The position numbers and the translations under genes were made by a program. Under the pieces are notes generated by a model. It ran no database searches, was not told the DNA's origin, and was given only the letters and a program-made list of their open reading frames with translations. Shown piece by piece: positions 43,001 through 53,068 of a DNA stretch of 64,000 nt (positions within the stretch are counted from its first letter, which is position 1; the number at the start of each line of letters is the position of its first letter). The stretch comes from Candidatus Bathyarchaeota archaeon (GTDB lineage Archaea; Thermoproteota; Bathyarchaeia; Bathyarchaeales; Bathycorpusculaceae): the NCBI GenBank assembly GCA_963770935.1, contig CAVYRJ010000005.1:1-64000 (forward strand). The letters run 5' to 3'.

Positions 43001-45481
43001 TTTTTAGTTACCGCCCCGAAGACAGCGACGGGAATTACCCCTGGGAACTGTGGCACTTCTTGTCCTTGACCCGCTTGGGGAACAACTTTGAAGTCTCCTA
43101 CAACTTTGAGGGTTCCTGCTATGTCATTTTTGCTTGAGTTGATTAGGTCAGCGTTTGCTTGATTTGCTGTGTAGACTTCAAGGGAGAGAATGGGAATGTT
43201 TAGTGGCAACTTTAACGCGGCTTTTTTTCTTCGCACATCCTCAATTAGAGCCATCACTTTGTCGCCTTCCTCTTCCACCGCCTTATCGACCAGTACACTG
43301 GTCATTTTTGGCCAAGGTGTGATTTGTAAGCTCTCAAAGCCCTTACCATCCGCGTACATATTTTGGTATATTTCTTCAGTCAAGTGCGGCGTAATTGGAG
43401 CTAGCAGCTGCAAAATCTTGTACAAGACATTGTAGAGGGTTTGTTGAGCAGCTTGCCTTCGCGCTGAATTTTCCTTTTCTACACGGTAAAGTCGGTCTTT
43501 TACTGATTCAATATAGTAGTCGCAGAATACGTGCCAGGTGAAGTTGCGGATGTCTTCGACGGCGACGTTGAATTGGCATTTTTCGAAGGCTTCTGTGACT
43601 TTGTTGACTAGGTTCTCGGTTTTGCTTATGATCCATTTGTCGAGCGGTTGCAAGTCAACTTCGACGTTGGCTTTGGGGTTGTAATCTGTCAACAGGTTAC
43701 TTGCGAAGCCTGCAACGTTCCAAAGTTTAACAAGGAAGCGTCTGCCGTATTCGACGTCTTGGGCGCGGAAGGGAATATCTGAGCCTGTTGCTCCGCCGCC
43801 AGCTGCCCACTGCCGCGTCGCGTCAGCGCCGCTTTTGTTGAGGACTTCTGGTGCGGCTGCATAGTTTTTGAGGGATTTACTCATCTTTCTGCCGTCGGCG
43901 CCAAGCACCATGCCGTTTATGAGTACGCTGTTGAATGGGCGCTGGTCGAATAATGCGAGGTGGCGTACCATGAGGTAGTATGCCCATGTTCGGATGATGT
44001 CAGTACCTGATGGGTGAATACTTGCGGGGAACAGGTGCTTCCAGTCGGCTCGGTCAGGCCAACCAGCGTGAACAGCACAGGTTATTGAGGAATCCATCCA
44101 AGTATCCAACACGTCGGTTTCGCCTCTAAATTCGGTTCCGCCGCATTTGGGACATTTGTCGATTCGCGGCTTCTCCATTCGGGGGTCGATTGGCACCCAG
44201 CTTTCTTGGGCAAGAATGACTTCGCCGCAGCTCTTGCAGTACCACACGGGGATGGGCGTGGCGAATAGGCGTTGGCGGCTGACAACCCAGTCCCAATCCA
44301 GCGCCCGCGTCCAATCGATTAAGCGGTTCTTCATGTAATCTGGATACCACGTAATCTCGTTAGCGTTCATTTCCACAGCTTCGCAGAGCGGCATGGTCTT
44401 CATGAACCACTGTTTAACCTCAAGGATTTCAACTTGCGCTTTGCAGCGGTCGCAGACACCGACTTCCTGCTGAATCTTCTCAGTCTTCTCCAGCAAGCCA
44501 GCAGCGGTTAAGTCGACAACGATTGCATGCTCGAGCTTGGTTAACGTACAAACCAGCATATTTGCAACCTGCTTCACTGATTTTTCCGCTCTCAGTTAGG
44601 AGTCGAATAACTGGGAGTTTGTGTTTTATGACGGTTTTCACGTCTTCTTTGTCGCCGTAAGTGCAGATTTGGACCACTCCCGTTCCAAAGCATGGATCCA
44701 CAGATTCTTCCCCGATGATCGTTACCTCACGGTTCATGAGGGGCACAGCGATTTTTCTACCGATGTATTTGCTGTACCGCTCGTCTTTGGGATTAACTTC
44801 CACGGCGACGCAGGCGGGAATGAATTCGGGGCGTGAGGTGGCGATTAGCAGGTATTCGTTGCTGCCTTCCAGGTGGAAGCGTATGTAGTGCAGGGTGCCT
44901 TCCTTTTTTACGTGGTCAACTTCTGCGTCGGCAATGGCTGTTTCGTCTCTTGGACACCAGTTAACAGGGTGTGTGCCCTGGTACATGTAACCTTTCTTAT
45001 GAAGCAAAACAAAACTGAGTTGCGTTCGGCGCCAGTAGTCAGGGTTCATCGTTTTGTATTCAGTTGTCCAATCTATGCTTGCCCCCATCTTGAGTATGCC
45101 TTCCTTCATCATGGCGATGTATTTCTCGACGAGTTCGATGCACCATACTCGGAACTGATCTGGGGGCACGTCGCGTTTTCGGATGTTTCTTGCTTTTTCC
45201 ACTTGGATTTCTATGCCTAGACCATGGCAGTCCCAACCTTGAGGAAATAGAACATTGAAGCCCTGCATGCGTTTGTAGCGTGCAACCATGTCAAAGTAGG
45301 TCCAGTTAAGGACATTGCCCATGTGCAGTTCACCCGAAGGGTAAGGCGGCGGAGTATCGATGCTGTATGGAACACGCTGCTTGTCGTTCCAGTCGTAGTG
45401 GTAGATGCCCATTTCTTCCCATTTACTCTGCCATTTCTGCTCGATTTCGGCGAAATTATACTCTTTCGGCATAGGCTGCAT
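42997..45481 (-). CDS. valS: Valine--tRNA ligase (frameshift at ~44530)
   Basis: DTPPPYPSGELHMGN, DWVVSRQR, DTWMDSS, KMSKS. Confidence 0.93.
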
Positions 45482-45547
45482 GTGAAATAACCTCTCTATG
45501 TTGACGGTAGGAAAACTAAAATATAACCTAAAAACATTATCCCCTTA

Positions 45548-45648
45548 GTTCTTGGGGAGCTGGGAAAGGTAACCTGGCTGAGAGGACGGCTATTTGCTGT
45601 CGACCCTTAGGAACCTGAACCAGGTAATACTGGCGGAGGGAAAAGAAT
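45548..45648 (+). ncRNA. TPP riboswitch
   Basis: GGGGAGC...GCTGAGAG...GACCC...GAACCTGA-A-CCAG-GTAATA-CTGG-CGGAGGGAA consensus; P1 TTCTT/AAGAA; directly upstream of thiT. Confidence 0.92.
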
Positions 45649-46183
45649 GAACAAAACTAAATCTAAAGCTAAAATTGAATCAAGAACTCAAATCCTCGCG
45701 GAAATAGCAATTTTTACAGCTCTAAGCACAGCCTTAAGCTTGATTACGTTTGTAGTCTTTCCGCAAGGCGGCTCAGTCACTGCGGGCTCAATGGTGCCCA
45801 TGTTTGGTTAGCCTTACGCCGAGGACCCAAAATCGGCATCTTTGTCGGCATCGTCTATGGACTTGTCCAGTTGGCGGTTTTACCGCAGGTTTACTTTCCA
45901 ACGCAAGTATTGCTAGATTATCCTTTAGCGTTCGGCTGCATCGGGTTAGCGGGGTTCTTCAAAAAATACGCTATACTCGGCGTTGTCGTTGCCGTTACAG
46001 GAAGATTCATCATGCATCTTAGTTTCGGGAGCAGTTTTTTTCGCTAGCTATGCTCCTACAGGTATGAATCCTTGGATTTACTCAACATTATACAATGGGA
46101 GCTATATGCTTCCTGAATTGTTGATTAGCATTTTCTTTATTTACCTGTTGCAGAAAAGCAAAGTGTTAAAGGCGTACATATAA
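45647..46183 (+). CDS. thiT: Energy-coupled thiamine transporter S component (two frameshifts)
   Basis: LAEIAIF, PQGGSVT, RRGPKIG, QVLLDYPLAF, SGAVFF..YAP, YSTLYNGSY. Confidence 0.9.
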
Positions 46184-46184
46184 A

Positions 46185-47183
46185 TTGGGGAAACTTGCCG
46201 CTAAAGAACTCCAAGAAATGTTGGATTGCATAAAGAAGGATTTCCGAGTGATCGTTCCGCCCATGATTGGGTATGATGCAGGAGTTCACCTTTTGCATGG
46301 CAAGTACGTGGCGGTTGCCACTGATCCATGCACTGGTGTTCCTGAAGAGTGGTTTGGGTGGCTGATGATCCATTATGCTGCTTCAGATGTGGCGCTGTTT
46401 GGGGCTAAACCTGAATTCTGTACCATCAATCTCCTTGGACCAAGAGGAACAAAACCAGCGGTCTTCCAGAAAATCATGAAGCAAACCTGTAGTACCGCGG
46501 ATGAATTGGGCATTGCCATCGTTCGAGGGCACACGGGAATGTACGATAGCCTCTCAGGGTTGCTAGGGGTTTGCACCGTTTACGGGACTGTAGAACCAAA
46601 GAAGTTGATTACGCCAGGAAATGCTAAACCAGGAGACTTGATTCTGTGCACAAAGCCGGTTGGTTTAGAAACAGTCACAAACATATCGCTAACTTACCCC
46701 GCTTTTGCTCAAACCCTCTTTGGAGCAGAACAACAGAAAATCTTTGCAAAACAGGTTTCAATGCAAAGTTGCGTTCGCGAAGCACTTGATTTGTCTGAAA
46801 TGGGAGCTGTACACGCGATGCATGATGCGACGGAAGGCGGTTTTGTGGCAGCGCTCAACGAATTGTCACAAGCTTCAAATGTAGGTTTTATGGTAGACTG
46901 GGAAAAAATGCCAATCAGCAAAGAAGTCTTGGCATTGCAGAGCTACTTTAAACTCACCGATGAACAATTGTTGGCGATGTCTTCAACGGGTACGATTTTG
47001 GCGGCTGTTGAGCCAAAAGCGCAAGAAAAAGTCAAAGAATCATTAAGAAAGAACGGACTTTCAGCATACTTTTTGGGCGAGTTTACCGCAAACAAAGAAC
47101 GTGTTCTAATTAGAAATGGAAAAGAAACGCAGTTTCCACAGGTTGCTGATGACCCCTACACCATGATTCTTTCGGGCAAATAG
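46185..47183 (+). CDS. PurM/HypE/ThiL-superfamily (AIR synthase-related) protein
   Basis: MGKL, GYDAGV, TDP, GHTG, AMHDATEGG. Confidence 0.85.
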   Translation: MGKLAAKELQEMLDCIKKDFRVIVPPMIGYDAGVHLLHGKYVAVATDPCTGVPEEWFGWLMIHYAASDVALFGAKPEFCTINLLGPRGTKPAVFQKIMKQTCSTADELGIAIVRGHTGMYDSLSGLLGVCTVYGTVEPKKLITPGNAKPGDLILCTKPVGLETVTNISLTYPAFAQTLFGAEQQKIFAKQVSMQSCVREALDLSEMGAVHAMHDATEGGFVAALNELSQASNVGFMVDWEKMPISKEVLALQSYFKLTDEQLLAMSSTGTILAAVEPKAQEKVKESLRKNGLSAYFLGEFTANKERVLIRNGKETQFPQVADDPYTMILSGK

Positions 47184-48063
47184 TTATTTTTTCAGTTCCG
47201 CCAACATAAAGTTGACTATTTCTTCAGCAATGTTAACTTTGGCAACCACCTGCAAGCCTTTCCAGCCCGGCTGACTGTTCACGTCAACGATGCGTGGTCC
47301 ATCTGGTCCTTCAAGAATGTCAACACCAGCTATTTTGCATCCGACAGCTTTAGCGGATTTAACAGCTCATCTCTTCGAATTCTTTGCTGATTTTGGCTGG
47401 GGCAGGTTTTGCTCCTTGACTGTAGTTGGTTTTCCATCCGGTGGCTACTCTCCGCATAGATGCGACAACTTGGTTACCGATGACAAAGGCACGTATGTCT
47501 GAGAATCCATGTTCGACGAATTCTTGCATGTAGATGACCCCGTGATGGAATGTGATGGCTTTGAATATTGTATCAGCTATATCAATGTCGTTTACGCGTG
47601 TGGCTCCTTGTCCGCGGGAGCCGAAAAGTGGTTTGACGACTATGTCGCCGCCCAGTTCGTGGAATGCTTTTATGGCTTCGTTTACACTTTCGGTAGCTAA
47701 AGTGCGTGGAACAGGAACGCCCACGTCTTCCAGAAGCGCCAAGATATCATATTTGTCGACGCAGTGCTCAATCGCAGTCGGCGGGTTAACCATGTAAAAG
47801 CCCTGGCGTTCCAGCTTGTAGAGCATATCCATTCGGAAAACTAACTCCTCAAGCGAACCCCGCCCAATCGGACGAATAATAAGCGCGTCCAAGTCATCTA
47901 GGATGCTTGTACCGTTAACTTTAAAGTAAGGTCTATAAGCTAACCGCGCAACAAGTCTGGGGAATGTGAAGCATTCATATGTGATTCCCCGTTTAGTTAG
48001 TGCTTCTCGGACTTGTGTGCTGCTCCATGCTTCCATGTTCCGCGTCATTATTCCAATTTTCAA
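47184..48063 (-). CDS. RimK-family ATP-grasp alpha-L-glutamate ligase, MptN/CofF-like (frameshift at ~47366)
   Basis: VVKPLFGSRGQG, YMQEF, DIRAFV, WKTNYSQG, then GVDIL...VNSQPGW in another frame. Confidence 0.88.
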
Positions 48064-48146
48064 TGCTGGTCTGTCCTTACCTTGGTCTTTAGAACATGCT
48101 GAAGGATTGCACTCTTAAAGTTTCCGCGGCAAAATAAAAGAGTTCG

Positions 48147-50105
48147 TTATTTTATTCTTTCTAGCCGTAGCGTATTTAGCAAGAGCAACATGGTTACCCC
48201 GTCGTCTCCTGATGCCACTGTGAACCACAAAGGCGTTAAACCCATTAAGCCCAAAGCACCCAAAATCAACTTAACAACCAGTGACGCGGCAATGTTTTGT
48301 TTCGCAATTACCATTGTTTTGTTGCTTAACTTAAGCAGGTAGGGAATTTGGGCAAGCTCATCTTTAACCAGCACAACATCCGCAGATTCCAACGCGACAT
48401 CAACTCCGCGTGCGCCCATGGCTATTCCCACATCTGAAGCTGCCAGGGCTGGTGCATCGTTTACACCATCGCCAACCATTGCTACAAGTCCATCTTTTCC
48501 TTTCATTTCTTCAATGCATTTCAGCTTGTCTTCAGGCAACAATTCCGCAAATACATCGCTAATGCCCAGTGATTTTGCTGTGTCTTTAGCAATCTCGGTT
48601 TTATCTCCTGTTAACATGACAGTTTTAATGTTCGCCTGTTTCAAGGCGCGAATTGCTTTTAACGCGTCTTCCCTAACTTCATCGACAACACAGACTGCTG
48701 CTAAACCTACTTTGCCCACTGAGACACAGACAGCCGTGTGAATGTCACCAGAGATGATTTCAAATGCTTCCGTGCAGTCACAGCCCAATTCACGCATGAA
48801 TTCCAAGTTGCCAATCGCTACGTGTTTATCGTTTACTATGCCGACGATGCCTTTTCCTGGGACCTCCACTATGTCGGTTACTTTGATTTTGCTGAGGTCA
48901 ATGTTTCGCTCTATAGCCCGCCGCACGATGGCTTGCGCAATGGGGTGATTAGAATATTGGTCAAGCGCAGCAGCATAAATCAAAGATTCCTCTTCAGCTT
49001 TTGAAATATCTACCCGCCTAATCTCGTGAACTGCCTGCCGCCCAAGCGTTAACGTTCCCGTCTTGTCAAAAACCACTGATCTCACTTGGGCTAGCTTTTC
49101 AATGAAAACTCCGCCCTTAATTATTACTCCTCTTTTGGCGGCAATTGTAATGGCAACGAACACGGTTGCTGGAACAGATATGATAAATGCGCTAGGACAG
49201 GAAACTACCAGCAGTATGAGGGAGCGGTAAAACCATGTTTGAAAAGTTCCTCCAATGAGGAACGGTAAAGCTCCAGCGGTGAAAACTGCAAGCCCAATCA
49301 CAATGGGCACATAAACCTTTGCAAACCTGTCAACTAACCGCTCTATCGATGCCTTTCTTTTCTGCGACTCCACCACTAGCTGAACAATCCGCGAAACCAA
49401 GGTTTCCGTCGCTTTCTTTGTAACAGTAATCTTCAGAACGCCAGTGGTGTTTAAGGTTCCAGCATATACGCAATCATTCACTTTTTTGGGGACGGGTACA
49501 GATTCACCTGTAACGAGGGCTTGATCAACATGTGAGAATCCATCAATCACATTGCCATCCAAGGGGATTCTTTCTCCAGGTTTAACGAGAAGAACTGCTC
49601 CAGTTTCCACTTCGTTTACATTTACACTTTTCTCGGAGCCTTCGCCTAATACACGAGCATTTTCAGGAATAACTTTTGATATTTTTTCAACCGTTCTTTT
49701 TGCTCTATCTTGTATGTAACCTTCGAAATATTCAGCTAAACAATAAAGGAATAGTACAGTGGCGGCTTCAAAGCGAAAATCAAGGAAAAGCGCTCCTAAA
49801 CCTGCAACCGCCATTAGGAACTCTACACTAAAGCGCCTCTCCAAAAATAGCTCTTTTAAGCCAAACACGCCGATGTAGATTGCCGAGGCTAAAATTGCAG
49901 AGTAATAAAGAAATAGAGATATAGTTGCTGGAAGATTCAAAAAAGGTATAGTAAAGCCAAGCGGCAACCCCTTAGCAAACAAATCCAACAAGCCGCCAAC
50001 AAGGATAGTTACTCCAAGCCAAACAGCAAACCCAACCAAAACTACCTTCTTGCGTTCTTCTCCTCCGAATACGGCTTCAGTCTCTTTTTCTTTACATGTA
50101 CCCAT
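48147..50105 (-). CDS. Heavy-metal P1B-type ATPase (Zn/Cd/Co-like)
   Basis: TGES, SCPSA, DKTGT, HP, GDGVNDAP; no N-terminal HMA domain. Confidence 0.93.
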   Translation of the reverse strand: MGTCKEKETEAVFGGEERKKVVLVGFAVWLGVTILVGGLLDLFAKGLPLGFTIPFLNLPATISLFLYYSAILASAIYIGVFGLKELFLERRFSVEFLMAVAGLGALFLDFRFEAATVLFLYCLAEYFEGYIQDRAKRTVEKISKVIPENARVLGEGSEKSVNVNEVETGAVLLVKPGERIPLDGNVIDGFSHVDQALVTGESVPVPKKVNDCVYAGTLNTTGVLKITVTKKATETLVSRIVQLVVESQKRKASIERLVDRFAKVYVPIVIGLAVFTAGALPFLIGGTFQTWFYRSLILLVVSCPSAFIISVPATVFVAITIAAKRGVIIKGGVFIEKLAQVRSVVFDKTGTLTLGRQAVHEIRRVDISKAEEESLIYAAALDQYSNHPIAQAIVRRAIERNIDLSKIKVTDIVEVPGKGIVGIVNDKHVAIGNLEFMRELGCDCTEAFEIISGDIHTAVCVSVGKVGLAAVCVVDEVREDALKAIRALKQANIKTVMLTGDKTEIAKDTAKSLGISDVFAELLPEDKLKCIEEMKGKDGLVAMVGDGVNDAPALAASDVGIAMGARGVDVALESADVVLVKDELAQIPYLLKLSNKTMVIAKQNIAASLVVKLILGALGLMGLTPLWFTVASGDDGVTMLLLLNTLRLERIK

Positions 50106-50251
50106 ATCTTAAACCAAAATTGCTGAAAACTTTCCTACATTAGTATTCATAAAATAAGCATTTTATAAAAAGAAATCTGTCTGCGCTCAGACTAAATGTT
50201 TGCGGGGCGGGGTTTGCAAAAAAATAAAAGGTACCTAAAAAAGAATAACCT

Positions 50252-51106
50252 TTGGCAAAGATGCAGAAAAAAATATTTGCTATAATCACAATCATAACAC
50301 TCTTCACTTCAGCAACTGTGGGTTATCGACTTTTTTCTGTTGCATCGGCTAATCCCGACAGCTCTATTCCAACCCTATCAATGCCAGTGGAATACGTTAA
50401 CTACACTATTAGCCTTATAAACGGCACTTTGTGGGCAAAAATCGATGGAAACTACCCCATCTACATTCACAACCAATCTAGCTGCGCGTTTAGTGGTGAG
50501 TTGCCAATGGTTTACCCTATGCCGCCTCAAACAACCAATATTCACGTTTGGTTAGGCGACAATGAACTCAGCTGGAGCAACTATACGCAGTCGAACCTCG
50601 GCGCTATGCATCATACTGCTATCGGCGACTGGTGGATGATTAATAGCATCCTTAGCAACATTTCTGGCTTTTTTGTACTAAAAATACACTATGAGCATCC
50701 TTTGAAAGATGTTAATGGGAGTTACCTTTTTCTCTACGACTTAAATATCAGCCCATACCTATCGCCGCATGGCAATAACTCCACCGCTTACTTCACGGTA
50801 CGATTTGAATCAGACATTTCAGATTTTTACGCTTACACCGCAGAAACCGATGTCAAATGGAACCCCATAAGTTACTCAACAACCAAAGAAGGCTCAACAC
50901 AAATAGTTTTCATCCAAATGCGCTCAGAATATAACAAGCCGCTGCTTGGTGATTTAGTCGTTGTTTTCTCAGAATCTGAACAAGTTGAAGAATTTAATTC
51001 GTGGATAATTCCTGTTTTGATTGACGTTGTTTTAATTATACTGTTGCTTTACATTAAACGGAAAACAGTTCTTTCAGTTTTGTCTTCGAGAAAAACATCT
51101 AAGTGA
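50252..51106 (+). CDS. Secreted, C-terminally anchored hypothetical protein
   Basis: Signal peptide ending ASA-NP; C-terminal TM followed by KRK. Confidence 0.65.
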   Translation: MAKMQKKIFAIITIITLFTSATVGYRLFSVASANPDSSIPTLSMPVEYVNYTISLINGTLWAKIDGNYPIYIHNQSSCAFSGELPMVYPMPPQTTNIHVWLGDNELSWSNYTQSNLGAMHHTAIGDWWMINSILSNISGFFVLKIHYEHPLKDVNGSYLFLYDLNISPYLSPHGNNSTAYFTVRFESDISDFYAYTAETDVKWNPISYSTTKEGSTQIVFIQMRSEYNKPLLGDLVVVFSESEQVEEFNSWIIPVLIDVVLIILLLYIKRKTVLSVLSSRKTSK

Positions 51107-51140
51107 GCCAACCTTAGGTTTGGTGCAGCTCAGTATCAGT

Positions 51141-51230
51141 TTATCTTGCTTGTTTATTGTTTGCTGCGAGTCCGATTGGCCGTTTTCTGTATATAGGCAC
51201 ATCGAATTCAAAGAGTGAAGTTTTCCTCAT
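51141..51230 (-). CDS. Putative 29-aa small protein
   Basis: MRKTSLFEFDVPIYRKRPIGLAANNKQAR; TTTAAA about 35 nt upstream. Confidence 0.3.
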   Translation of the reverse strand: MRKTSLFEFDVPIYRKRPIGLAANNKQAR

Positions 51231-51343
51231 TTTCTCTCTCAGCAAATCGTTTTAACTCGTTGGGTTTAAAACGTTTTCGCTAAACCAACTGTGTTTTACA
51301 ATGGAAGGAGTCTTAGTTAAAGCTCATGGGCCGCTGAAATGTG

Positions 51344-51985
51344 TCAATAGAAGCAGGGAATATACTCTCTGACTTTAAATGCTACACCTAAACCATCAGC
51401 AACCGCTTGCACCTTCGCCAAATCAACCTCAGGCAAACGCACAGCCGTAACTTCGACAGTGAGCACTATCTTGGTTTTGCGTATGAAATCCAGTACCGCC
51501 TCGTAGGCGTCTGGGATGGTGGGCTTACAAATCTCTATGTAAATCTCTTTGTCGCCGGCATTTAAGCTAACGCTGACCCGGTCGATGCCAGCAGCCTTTA
51601 AGTCAGCCGCTACGTCTCTGCCAGCATTCAACACATAACCGTGACCATTCGTGTCAAGTCTGATTTGAAGCGGTCTCCCATAATTCTGCCTCACCCACCG
51701 TGAAACCTCAAGCAAAACATCCAGCCTCTCCGTTGGCTCGCCAAACCCGCAAAAAACCAATTCACCCCAACTTCGCATATGCAAAACCTCCGCAAGTTCG
51801 CCTGTGATTTCCTCCACGCTGGGTTCTTGTGCAAGTTTAAGGTTGAAGCCGCCCACACCACGCCTATAGCATTTAAGGCAGAAGTAGCAGCAATTTGAGC
51901 ATTGATTAGTTATGTTTAGGTAGAGTGTGTCATCCAGCCAGTAAACAGTCTTGGGTTTATCATCTTGAGTCATGATTGATTCCAA
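51344..51985 (-). CDS. TatD-associated-type radical SAM protein
   Basis: LYLNITNQCSNCCYFC, VFCGFGEPT, TNGHG. Confidence 0.88.
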   Translation of the reverse strand: MESIMTQDDKPKTVYWLDDTLYLNITNQCSNCCYFCLKCYRRGVGGFNLKLAQEPSVEEITGELAEVLHMRSWGELVFCGFGEPTERLDVLLEVSRWVRQNYGRPLQIRLDTNGHGYVLNAGRDVAADLKAAGIDRVSVSLNAGDKEIYIEICKPTIPDAYEAVLDFIRKTKIVLTVEVTAVRLPEVDLAKVQAVADGLGVAFKVREYIPCFY

Positions 51986-52192
51986 TACCTCGACGAGGTT
52001 CTTGGAAAACTAGATCTATTGGATGCTTTATGGTTTTTTCTTTTTGTGTCAATTTTTTGGCTTTGGAAAAGATGTTGTGTAATTGTTTCAACTGTACGCA
52101 GGGAAAGGCTTGCAGCAATAACTTCTTTTCATTGCGGATGCGGCGAATACTTTTTGACTGCCCACGTAGAATAGTTAGAATTAAGTGAATGT

Positions 52193-53068
52193 TTGGTGCC
52201 GTTAATCTCAAGCTTTGACCCTTGGCATTCAGGCCTATGCACATGTCCCCCTAAGCTGACATTTAACCCTTACACTGGATGCGACCATCAATGTACCTAT
52301 TGTTACGCGTCAAGTTACATTCCTAACTTCAAGGACTGCAGACCCAAAAAAGACGCCCTGTCCCAGCTCAAGCGAGACGCTGCCAAACTCAAAGGCGATA
52401 CCATCTCTATATCAAACTCATCCGATCCGTACCCAAGAGCTGAAGCGACAGAGGGACTGATGCGGCGGTGCCTCGAAATTCTGGTGGAAAGCAACTGCAA
52501 AATCCAAATAATCACTAAAAGCAACCTTGTAACCCGAGATGATGACTTGCTTTGCAGGGTTCCATCGACGGTTGCGTTAACTATAACAACAGATGACGAC
52601 GAGTTGGCTAAAGTAATTGAGCCGTTTGCGCCTTCACCCACCCAGCGACTTAGAGCAGTGCAGGACTTGACCAAAGCAGGAATCCCCGTTTCTGTTCGAA
52701 TTGACCCAATTATTCCAACAGTTAACGACAAGCCGCAAAAACTCATCTCCACGCTCGCAAGCATAGGCGTCAAACACATAACCTGTTCAACCTATAAAGC
52801 TAAAGCGGATAATTGGATGCGGCTCTCGCGGGTACTACCCAAAGTCATTGAAGAACTAAAGCCGCTTTACTTTCAGCAAGGTGAACGAATCGGCGGTAGC
52901 ACACTTCTTCCAAAAGAATACCGTTTTAAACTGCTGAAGGCTTTCCGTGATATGGCTTTGGCGAATGTTATGCAGTTTGGGGTTTGCCGCGAAGGTTTAG
53001 CCCAGCTCAGCACTGCATCATGCGATGGTTCATGGCTTATGCCCAAACCAAAAGGAGATTTTGTCTGA
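52193..53068 (+). CDS. Radical SAM protein, spore photoproduct lyase-like family
   Basis: NPYTGCDHQCTYCYA, SDPY, ITKS, RIDPIIP. Confidence 0.85.
   Translation: MVPLISSFDPWHSGLCTCPPKLTFNPYTGCDHQCTYCYASSYIPNFKDCRPKKDALSQLKRDAAKLKGDTISISNSSDPYPRAEATEGLMRRCLEILVESNCKIQIITKSNLVTRDDDLLCRVPSTVALTITTDDDELAKVIEPFAPSPTQRLRAVQDLTKAGIPVSVRIDPIIPTVNDKPQKLISTLASIGVKHITCSTYKAKADNWMRLSRVLPKVIEELKPLYFQQGERIGGSTLLPKEYRFKLLKAFRDMALANVMQFGVCREGLAQLSTASCDGSWLMPKPKGDFV

Noticed and set aside
42997-45481. Split or programmed-frameshift valS
   Set aside because: No slippery heptamer seen, and the window-wide indel pattern explains the break more simply
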